In this document: one piece after another, positions 7,616-15,607 of the stretch
Layout: every line of letters begins with the position of its first letter
How positions within the stretch are numbered: position 1 is the stretch's first letter
Source of the DNA: an uncultured bacterium
Lineage (GTDB): Bacteria > Hydrothermota > Hydrothermia > Hydrothermales > Hydrothermaceae
Direction of reading: 5' to 3'
NCBI GenBank assembly: GCA_964623395.1
Contig: CAZUSI010000004.1
Location: 1-36,432 of the forward strand
DNA length: 36,432 nt
Notes under the pieces: generated by a model
Seen by the model: only the letters and a program-made list of their open reading frames with translations
The model's database searches: none
Told to the model about the DNA's origin: nothing
Translations under genes and position numbers: made by a program

Positions 7616-10269
7616 AAGGTAAAAAAAGGATAAAAAAATATGTATATTTATTTGGAGGGAAAAAAGTTGAAGGAAATTCAAAAATGAGGGAACTTCTTGG
7701 TGGTAAAGGTGCAGACCTTCATGAAATGACAAGAATTGGAATAAATGTTCCTCCTGGATTTACAATAACAACAGAAGCATGCATTTATTATTATAATAAA
7801 GGAAAACTTCCAAAAGAACTTTTACCACAGATTAAAAAGGGAATTGAATTCCTTGAAAAATTAAGGGGTGAAAAATTTGGTTCTCCAAAAAATCCATTAC
7901 TTGTATCTGTTAGAAGTGGTGCAAGGGTTTCAATGCCGGGGATGATGGATACAGTGCTTAATTTAGGTATAAATGATGAAATAATGGAAGGTTTAGCAAA
8001 ATTAACAGGAAATAGAAGATTTGCACTTGATGTTTATAGAAGGTTTATTCAAATGTTTGGGAATGTTGTTAAAGGTGTTCCTCATGAAAAATTTGAAGAG
8101 ATTTTAAGTGAAAAGAAAAGGGAAAAAGGAGTGAAGCTTGATATAGAACTTGATGAAAATGATCTTGAAGAAATTATAAAAAAATATAAAGAGGTTTATA
8201 AAGAATATACAAAAGAAGATTTTCCAACTGATCCCTGGAAACAGCTCTTAGATGCCATAAAAGCAGTATTTGAATCTTGGAACAACAAAAGGGCAATAGA
8301 GTATAGAAGAATTCATAACATTCCTGATACTTGGGGAACTGCTTGCAATATCCAGGTAATGGTTTTTGGGAATATGGGTTATGATAGTGCAACAGGTGTT
8401 GCTTTTAGCAGGAATCCATCAACAGGTGAAAAAGAAATCTTTGGTGAATATTTAACAAATGCTCAAGGTGAAGATGTTGTTGCAGGGATAAGGACACCAA
8501 AGCCAATAAGTGAGCTTCAAAAGGAAATGCCAAAAGCATATAAAGAGCTTATAAGTATTTTCAAAAAACTTGAAAAACATTATAAAGATATGCAGGATAT
8601 GGAATTTACAATAGAAAAAGGTAAAGTTTATATGCTTCAGACAAGGACAGGTAAAAGGACACCAAGGGCAAAGGTTAAAATAGCAGTTGATATGGTTAAG
8701 GAAAAACTTATAACAAAAGAAGAGGCAATAATGAGGGTTTCTCCAGAAGATATAGATCATCTTTTACATCCACAAATTTCTTCCTCTTTTAAAGGGATAC
8801 CATTAGCAAAAGGGCTTCCCGCTTCACCTGGTGCTGCAAAAGGAAAAGTTATTTTTGATGCTGATAAGGCAGCAGAAATGGGTTCAAAAGGAGAAAGCGT
8901 TATCCTTGTGAGAGTTGAAACTTCTCCTGACGATATACATGGAATGGCGAAAGCAAAAGGTATTTTAACTGCAAGAGGGGGTATGACTTCTCATGCAGCA
9001 GTTGTTGCAAGGGGAATGGGTATTCCATGCGTTGTTGGATGTGAAGCAATTAGCGTAGATTATTCAAAAAATTTGTTTGAAGTCAATGGGAAAGTTGTAA
9101 AAGAAGGGGAAATCATTACAATAGATGGAACAACTGGTAATGTTTATGTGGGTGATGTACCTCTTGAAATGCCTGAAATTTTCCCAGAACTTGAAGAACT
9201 TTTAAAGTATGCAGATAAAATTAGAAAACTTGGTGTAAGGGCAAATGCTGATACACCAAGGGATGCAAAAAAGGCACTTGAATTTGGTGCAGAAGGTATT
9301 GGACTTTGTAGGACTGAACATATGTTTTTTGAAGGTGAAAGAATATACATAATGCAGGAAATGATACTTGCAGGGAATGAAGAGGAAAGAAGAAAGGCAC
9401 TTGAGAAACTTTTGCCTTTACAAAGGGAAGATTTTTATGAGATATTTAAGGTTATGGATGGTTATCCTGTTGTTATAAGAACACTTGATCCACCACTTCA
9501 TGAATTTTTGCCAAAAGATGAGGAAAATATTAAAAGGCTCTCAGAAAGGCTTGGTAAAACCTTTGAAGAGGTTAAAAAGAAAGTTGAGGCCCTTTTAGAG
9601 GTAAATCCAATGCTTGGACATAGGGGATGTAGGGTTGGAATAACTTATCCTGAGATAACAGAAATGCAAGCAAGGGCAATTTTTGAAGCAGCGATTAAGG
9701 CAAAGAAAGAAGGGATAAAGGTAATTCCAGAAATTATGATTCCAATCGTTGGAATAGAAAAGGAACTTGAAATGCAAAAGGAGATAATAGATAAGGTTGC
9801 AAAAGAAATTATGGAAAGGGAAAATATAAAAATAGAATATACAGTTGGAACGATGATTGAGATACCAAGGGCATGTATTGTTGCTGATAAAATTGCAAAA
9901 ATTGCTTCCTTTTTCTCTTTTGGAACAAATGATTTAACTCAAACGGTTTATGGTTTTTCAAGGGATGATATAGGTAAATTTTTACATGCTTATGTAGAAA
10001 AAGGGATTTTGAAAAAGGACCCATTTGTTACAATAGATAAGGAAGGTGTTGGAGAACTTATGAAAATATGTGTTGAAAAAGGGAAAAAAGCAAATCCAAA
10101 TTTAAAAATAGGAATATGTGGAGAACAGGGTGGTGACCCTGAATCAGTTAAATTCTGTCATAAAATAGGTCTTACCTATGTTAGTTGTTCACCTTATAGA
10201 ATTCCAATTGCAAGATTTTCTGCTGCTCAAGCAGTTTTAGAAGAAAAAATGAAAAGAAATGAAGATTAG
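7612..10269 (+). CDS. ppdK: Pyruvate, phosphate dikinase
   Basis: 885 aa; PLLVSVRSGARVSMPGMMDTVLNLG, NAQGEDVVAGIRTP, catalytic GGMTSHAAVVAR, GIGLCRTEHMF, FSFGTNDLTQ, GICGE. Confidence 0.98.
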   Translation: MKGKKRIKKYVYLFGGKKVEGNSKMRELLGGKGADLHEMTRIGINVPPGFTITTEACIYYYNKGKLPKELLPQIKKGIEFLEKLRGEKFGSPKNPLLVSVRSGARVSMPGMMDTVLNLGINDEIMEGLAKLTGNRRFALDVYRRFIQMFGNVVKGVPHEKFEEILSEKKREKGVKLDIELDENDLEEIIKKYKEVYKEYTKEDFPTDPWKQLLDAIKAVFESWNNKRAIEYRRIHNIPDTWGTACNIQVMVFGNMGYDSATGVAFSRNPSTGEKEIFGEYLTNAQGEDVVAGIRTPKPISELQKEMPKAYKELISIFKKLEKHYKDMQDMEFTIEKGKVYMLQTRTGKRTPRAKVKIAVDMVKEKLITKEEAIMRVSPEDIDHLLHPQISSSFKGIPLAKGLPASPGAAKGKVIFDADKAAEMGSKGESVILVRVETSPDDIHGMAKAKGILTARGGMTSHAAVVARGMGIPCVVGCEAISVDYSKNLFEVNGKVVKEGEIITIDGTTGNVYVGDVPLEMPEIFPELEELLKYADKIRKLGVRANADTPRDAKKALEFGAEGIGLCRTEHMFFEGERIYIMQEMILAGNEEERRKALEKLLPLQREDFYEIFKVMDGYPVVIRTLDPPLHEFLPKDEENIKRLSERLGKTFEEVKKKVEALLEVNPMLGHRGCRVGITYPEITEMQARAIFEAAIKAKKEGIKVIPEIMIPIVGIEKELEMQKEIIDKVAKEIMERENIKIEYTVGTMIEIPRACIVADKIAKIASFFSFGTNDLTQTVYGFSRDDIGKFLHAYVEKGILKKDPFVTIDKEGVGELMKICVEKGKKANPNLKIGICGEQGGDPESVKFCHKIGLTYVSCSPYRIPIARFSAAQAVLEEKMKRNED

Positions 10270-12988
10270 TGAAAAAAATTTAAGAGCAATTTTATTCTCC
10301 TTTGTTGTTCTTTTTACTTTTATAATTTATTTTCTTACAACTGCACCAACTGTTGTCTTTTGGGATGTTGGTGAATTTCTTGCAACCTCTTATATCTTAG
10401 GAATTCCCCATCCACCTGGAACACCACTTTATGTTATTCTTGGAAGATTTTTTTCTATTTTACCATTACCTTTAAACATAATAAAAAGGATAACTCTTAT
10501 TGCAATTCTTTCAGGTGCTTTCTCTGCTGGCTTTGTTTATTTAATAACGGTGAAGATAATTGATTTATTTAGGGAGAATGTTTCAAGATGGATTTCCCAT
10601 TTTTCAGGAATTTTAGCAGGGCTTATAGCACCTTTTGCATATACAACTTGGTGGTCAAGTATAGAGGCAGAAACATATGCCCCTTCAAACTTTTTCATGT
10701 TTCTTTCCACATATCTTGCTTTAATTTGGTGGGAAAACAAAGATAAAAAGGATTCTGTCAAATATTTACTTCTTATAATATATTTACTTTCTCTTGGTTC
10801 AGGAGTTCATCTTTCAGCCCCTTTTATATTTCCTGCAATCTTTATCTTTGTTTCCTTTATAAAGCCAGATATAATATTTGATTATTATCTTCTTGGCACC
10901 TTTTCTTCCTTCTTAATTTTAATTTCATCAATTTTTTCAAGTTTTACTTCTCCTTCATGGGGAAAAATTGCATTAATTTATTTAATTGGTGCAACAGGTT
11001 CAGGAATATTTCTTTATTCAAAAAAATATTTTAAGGAATTTGGATTTAAAGAAAGTTTATTTTTTGCCTCTTTTATAATAGCAATTGTTGGAATTTATTT
11101 AAATTCACCCATTTTATTTATAATTTCTTCACTTTTTACATTCATAATTACATTAATTTTTGGAAAACTTTACTCTGAATATAAGGGCTTTTCCCTTATT
11201 CTTGCACTTATAGCAGTTTCAGCAGAATTCTACCTTATAATAAGAGCATATCACAATCCTTCAATAAATGAATCTGATCCAAAGACATGGCAGGCCTTTT
11301 GGGATGTTCTTTTAAGGAAGCAATATCCACCAGCAGATGTTTTTCCGAGAAAAATTCCTTTTTTTGAACAACTTAAACTCTTCTGGACATACTTTGCAGG
11401 AAGACCAGGTGATATAGGTATGCCCTCTCAATATGTTCCAATAATTTTTATTTTAGGATTTATCGGTTTTGCACTTCATATTGCCTATGAGAAAAAAAGT
11501 TTTTCACTTCTTGGAAGTGCATTAATATTAACAACACTTGGTCTTGTATTTGTTTTAAATTTAAAGTATTCTGCAACAGATCCAAGAAGTTATATTCCTG
11601 AGGAGATGAGAGAAGTAAGGGATAGGGATTACTTTTTTATACCTGGATTTTTTTACTTTGCAATTTATACAGGAATTGGCTTTTTTGGTATTTTTAAACT
11701 CGCAATAGAAAATTTAAAATTTTTTAAAAAGATAGCAACATATGTTGCTTTAATTTTTACAACAATAATTCCTTTATGGCAAATTTTTTCCTATTATAAA
11801 ATGATTGATAGGTCAAAAAATTATGCATGTGAAGATTATGCTTATAACCTTTTAAATTGTGTAGAAGATAAGGGAATTTTATTTACAAATGGTGACAACG
11901 ATACTTTCCCTTTATGGTGTGCTCAAGAAATTCTTGGAATAAAAAAATCTGTAATAATTGCAAATCTTTCCCTTTTAAATACAAACTGGTATAATAAACA
12001 GCTTAAAAGATTAGGTGTCCCCTTTTATTTTACAGAAGAAGATATGGATAAACTTGCTCCCTTTATAGGACCTGATGGAAACATTGTTCTTGTAAGGGAC
12101 CTTGTTATAAGGGACATGCTTGCAGCAAATTTTGGTTATGAATTGCCAAAAGATCCAAAAGAATATGTAAGTTTACAAAGAATAAATTTGAGATTTCCAA
12201 AAATATACCTTTTACCACCAGATTCATTTGCAAAAAAAGTTATAGAAGGTAAAAAGCCAAAGTTTCCAATTTATTTTTCAATAACATGTGAAACAAAAGT
12301 TTATAAGGGTTTTTCAGATTATTTAATTCTTGAAGGAATGGCTTATAAGGTTGTTCCTTATAAAGTTAATAGGGATACACCCCTTGGTTATGCAGTTGAT
12401 ATTGAAAAAACTGATTCACTTTTTATGAAGGTTTTCAAATTCAGGGGGTTTATAGATGAAAACAAATTTTTTATAGATAGAACTCATCAAAGAATACTTT
12501 CAAATTATCGTGCTCCTTTAACAGTTCTTGCAATACTTTATTTTGAAAGAGGGGAACTTGAAAAGGCAATAAATAGAATTGAATTTGCTTTAAATTTTGA
12601 AGGAAATAAAGATTTGATGGATAGGGATGATAAAAGGATTATGTATTTTATGAAACTTCAATTGGCGCAATTCAGCATTGCAGGTGAATATTTTGATAAG
12701 GCAATAAAGGTTTGTGAGGAACTCTTAAAAGAGGAAAAAAATAGTATTGTTTATACTCTTCTTGGTGATGCGTATAGGGGGAAAGGTGAATTTAAGGGAG
12801 CAAAAAATTATTATAATCTTGCCCTTTCCTTACTTCCCAATTATATAAGAACTTATGCTTCTTTGATTGATCTTTATATTTTTGAAAATAAAAGGGATAG
12901 CGCTCAAAAAATCTTTAATTTAATGAAAGAGAAATTTAAAGGTTCTTCCTTAATTGATTCTTTAAAAGAAAAATACAAACTTGATTGA
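10259..12988 (+). CDS. DUF2723 / TMEM260-like multi-TM GT-C glycosyltransferase (putative protein O-mannosyltransferase) with C-terminal TPRs
   Basis: TAPTVVFWDVGEF, GIPHPPGTPLY, EAETY, EVRDRDYFF, FTNGDNDTFPLW, NLSLLNTNWY motifs; many TM helices; C-terminal TPR-like repeats. Confidence 0.87.
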   Translation: MKISEKNLRAILFSFVVLFTFIIYFLTTAPTVVFWDVGEFLATSYILGIPHPPGTPLYVILGRFFSILPLPLNIIKRITLIAILSGAFSAGFVYLITVKIIDLFRENVSRWISHFSGILAGLIAPFAYTTWWSSIEAETYAPSNFFMFLSTYLALIWWENKDKKDSVKYLLLIIYLLSLGSGVHLSAPFIFPAIFIFVSFIKPDIIFDYYLLGTFSSFLILISSIFSSFTSPSWGKIALIYLIGATGSGIFLYSKKYFKEFGFKESLFFASFIIAIVGIYLNSPILFIISSLFTFIITLIFGKLYSEYKGFSLILALIAVSAEFYLIIRAYHNPSINESDPKTWQAFWDVLLRKQYPPADVFPRKIPFFEQLKLFWTYFAGRPGDIGMPSQYVPIIFILGFIGFALHIAYEKKSFSLLGSALILTTLGLVFVLNLKYSATDPRSYIPEEMREVRDRDYFFIPGFFYFAIYTGIGFFGIFKLAIENLKFFKKIATYVALIFTTIIPLWQIFSYYKMIDRSKNYACEDYAYNLLNCVEDKGILFTNGDNDTFPLWCAQEILGIKKSVIIANLSLLNTNWYNKQLKRLGVPFYFTEEDMDKLAPFIGPDGNIVLVRDLVIRDMLAANFGYELPKDPKEYVSLQRINLRFPKIYLLPPDSFAKKVIEGKKPKFPIYFSITCETKVYKGFSDYLILEGMAYKVVPYKVNRDTPLGYAVDIEKTDSLFMKVFKFRGFIDENKFFIDRTHQRILSNYRAPLTVLAILYFERGELEKAINRIEFALNFEGNKDLMDRDDKRIMYFMKLQLAQFSIAGEYFDKAIKVCEELLKEEKNSIVYTLLGDAYRGKGEFKGAKNYYNLALSLLPNYIRTYASLIDLYIFENKRDSAQKIFNLMKEKFKGSSLIDSLKEKYKLD

Positions 12989-13985
12989 TAATTTAAAAAT
13001 ACTTTCAGAAATTTTTGGACCATCTGGAAAAGAGGAAAGGGTTAAAGAATTTATTGTTAAAAGTTTAAAGAATTATGTTGATGAAATATTCGATGATTAT
13101 TTTGGTAATCTTTATGTAAAAAAAGGAAAAGGGAACCCAAAAGTTCTTATATGCTCTCATATGGATGAAGTTGGATTCATAGTTAAAGGGATAACACCTG
13201 ATGGATATTTAAAATTTGAACCTATTGGTTCTATTGAACCAGAAGTTTGTATTGGGAAGAAAATAATTTTTGAGAATGGAAGAAAAGGTGTGATAGGTTT
13301 TAAGCCCTTTCATCTTCAAAAAGAAAAAGATAAAAAAATAGATTTTGAAGACCTTGTAATAGATGTTGGTATGAATAAAAAAGAGGCAGAAAAAAATTTT
13401 TTTAAGGGAACATATGCAACATTTTTAACTTCTTTTTCTTCATTAAATAATAATTTTTTTAAAGGAAAGGCATTTGATGATAGAGTGGGATGTTCCATTT
13501 TAATTGAAATAATGAAAAATTTTTCTCCTGATTATGAACTTATTGCCCTTTTTTCCTCTCAAGAAGAAGTTGGTTTAAGAGGAGCAAAAATAGGAGCAGA
13601 GAAAATTTTACCTTCCATAGGAATAGTTGTTGAGACAACAGCAGCAGGAGATTTTTATCAAAAAGATAAAGAAGATTTCCCTTCTCTTTTAAAAGGACCT
13701 GTTTTAACAATAATAGATAAAACATGCATAGTTGATAAGGAAATTCTTGAAATTATTAAAAAAATTGCAGAAAAGAAAAATATACCTTTTCAATACAAAA
13801 AACCTCTTATTGGTGGAACTGATGCAGGAAATATTCAAATTGCAGGAAAAGGTGTAAAACTTGCTGTTTTATCGGTTCCTGCAAGATACATTCATTCTCC
13901 TGTTTCAATAATAAATAAAATTGATTTAGAAAATACTTATTCTCTTATTTTAAATTTTTTAAAGGAGGTTAAAAATTATGGATAA
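12981..13985 (+). CDS. M42 family (TET-like) metallo-aminopeptidase, catalytic motifs intact
   Basis: TTG start; GPSGKEERV, SHMDEVG, KAFDDRVG, QEEVGLRGA, GGTDAG, RYIHSP. Confidence 0.92.
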   Translation: MIDNLKILSEIFGPSGKEERVKEFIVKSLKNYVDEIFDDYFGNLYVKKGKGNPKVLICSHMDEVGFIVKGITPDGYLKFEPIGSIEPEVCIGKKIIFENGRKGVIGFKPFHLQKEKDKKIDFEDLVIDVGMNKKEAEKNFFKGTYATFLTSFSSLNNNFFKGKAFDDRVGCSILIEIMKNFSPDYELIALFSSQEEVGLRGAKIGAEKILPSIGIVVETTAAGDFYQKDKEDFPSLLKGPVLTIIDKTCIVDKEILEIIKKIAEKKNIPFQYKKPLIGGTDAGNIQIAGKGVKLAVLSVPARYIHSPVSIINKIDLENTYSLILNFLKEVKNYG

Positions 13986-14871
13986 AATTTTAAAGGAATT
14001 AACATATAAATTTGGTGCATCAGGATATGAAGAAGAGGTTAAGAATTTTTTAAAAGAAGAATTAAAAAAATTTGATATTTTTGAAGATAATTTTGGAAAT
14101 TTAATTGTTTCAAATACTTCTTCAAAAGATTATTTTTTATTTTTAACAGGAATTGATGAATCCTCTTTTTTTATTTCAGAAAAAGAAAAGGATTTTTATA
14201 AGTTTAAGATTATTGGTGATTATAAACCTTTAAATATAGTAGATCGCTTTGTAATTTTTAAGGATGGGAAAAAGGGGATAATAAGGAGTTTAAAGGAAAG
14301 GGATTTTGATTTTTCAGATTTAAGGGTTGAAATTCTTGGAAATAAAATTGCAGAAATAGGAGAACCTTTTATAATTGACCCCTTTTTTTATGAGGATGAA
14401 GAATTTTTCATTTCTTCAAACATTGATTCAAGGATATTTGCAAGTTCCTTAATAAAATTTTTAGAAAAATATCCTTTAAAAATAGTATTTCTTGTTAAAA
14501 CTAAATTAAATCAAAAAGGTATATTTCCAGGAATAAAAGGGGAAAGGCCAAGATTTTTTTTCTTTTTAAAAGCATTTGGAGATAACCTTGGTAAAGGTCC
14601 ATTTATAAATTTCTTAGAAAGAGAATATGTGATGCCTTTAAATTTAAAAAACAAAATAATTTCAATAGTTAAAGAAGAAAATATTCCTTTTCAAATAGGG
14701 ATTTCAGAAGAACCTTCCCCCTTTTATTATTATTTATTTTCTTCTGGATTTGAAAATGTTATTTCTATTTCTTTACCATTAAAATATAAGGAGAGTGTTT
14801 ATAAAATTATAAAGAAAATTGATGTTTTAAATATGGAGAAATTGTTTGAAATTTTTTTTAAAAAACTTTAA
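13978..14871 (+). CDS. Degenerate M42-like paralog, probably catalytically inactive
   Basis: Collinear with the upstream M42 (GASGYEEEV, EDNFGNL, GKGP, NIPFQ) but reads TGIDES, NIDSR, KTKLNQKG and LKYKES at the metal-ligand motifs. Confidence 0.78.
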   Translation: MDKILKELTYKFGASGYEEEVKNFLKEELKKFDIFEDNFGNLIVSNTSSKDYFLFLTGIDESSFFISEKEKDFYKFKIIGDYKPLNIVDRFVIFKDGKKGIIRSLKERDFDFSDLRVEILGNKIAEIGEPFIIDPFFYEDEEFFISSNIDSRIFASSLIKFLEKYPLKIVFLVKTKLNQKGIFPGIKGERPRFFFFLKAFGDNLGKGPFINFLEREYVMPLNLKNKIISIVKEENIPFQIGISEEPSPFYYYLFSSGFENVISISLPLKYKESVYKIIKKIDVLNMEKLFEIFFKKL

Positions 14872-14874
14872 AAT
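14846..14874 (+). promoter_or_regulatory. Putative sigma70 promoter, leaderless type
   Basis: TTGAAA (14846-51), 17-nt spacer, TAAAAT (14869-74); ATG follows 8 nt later at 14883; no SD. Confidence 0.55.
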
Positions 14875-14882
14875 AATAATTT

Positions 14883-15590
14883 ATGAAAAGGGAAGGTTAT
14901 CATATATTTGTTTCTTCATCAAAGGGGAAAGAGCCAAAAAATTTTTTCATTTCAAAATTTCATTTAAAAATTTTAAAAATTTTTATATTTTTTATTATTA
15001 TTTTTATCCCCTTTTTATTATATTCAATTTATTTTTTCTATTCCAATTTTTATGATTATTTAGTTTTAAAGAAAAAAATAAAGGAATATGAGGAAAGAAT
15101 TAAAAAAATAGAGGTAATTGAAAATAGAATAGAAAAAATGATAAATTATGCAAAACAGATAAACTATATGCTTAATGCAGATGTTGTTTCTAAGGAATTT
15201 TCTAAAAATGTTGATATTAAAATAAATAAGAAAGAAGAAAATGAATTTATGCCCCCTTTAAAAGGAATTATAACAAGGGGATTTTCTAAGGAGCACCCGG
15301 GTATTGATATATTTGCCCCCTCAGGCACTCCTGTTTTTGCTTCTGGTGATGGAATTGTTATAGAAAAGAATTTTTCTTCTCGCCTTGGCTTATACATTAA
15401 AATAAAACATAATAATGATATTTATACTTTGTATGGGCATTTAAATAGAGTTTTTGTAAATAAAGGAGATTTTGTAAGAAAAGGTGATATAATAGGCGAG
15501 GTTGGTTTAACAGGTAAAACTTCTGGTCCACATTTGCATTTTGAAATTTTAAAAAATGATGAACCCTTTTATCCATTTTTTATATTTTAA
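14883..15590 (+). CDS. M23 (LytM) peptidoglycan endopeptidase with N-terminal TM and coiled coil
   Basis: HPGIDI, YGHL, GPHLHFE zinc motifs; TM helix at about residues 30-55. Confidence 0.92.
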   Translation: MKREGYHIFVSSSKGKEPKNFFISKFHLKILKIFIFFIIIFIPFLLYSIYFFYSNFYDYLVLKKKIKEYEERIKKIEVIENRIEKMINYAKQINYMLNADVVSKEFSKNVDIKINKKEENEFMPPLKGIITRGFSKEHPGIDIFAPSGTPVFASGDGIVIEKNFSSRLGLYIKIKHNNDIYTLYGHLNRVFVNKGDFVRKGDIIGEVGLTGKTSGPHLHFEILKNDEPFYPFFIF

Positions 15591-15607
15591 ATTTAAGGAG
15601 GTGAGTT

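Noticed and set aside
10110..10140. PpdK GICGEQGGDP instead of the common GEHGG
   Set aside because: Catalytic Cys and all other motifs are intact; a single substitution gives no support for altered function.
14846..15055. 69-aa plus-strand ORF overlapping the M23 gene start
   Set aside because: Alternative frame over a T-rich TM-coding stretch; its TTG is the predicted -35 hexamer.
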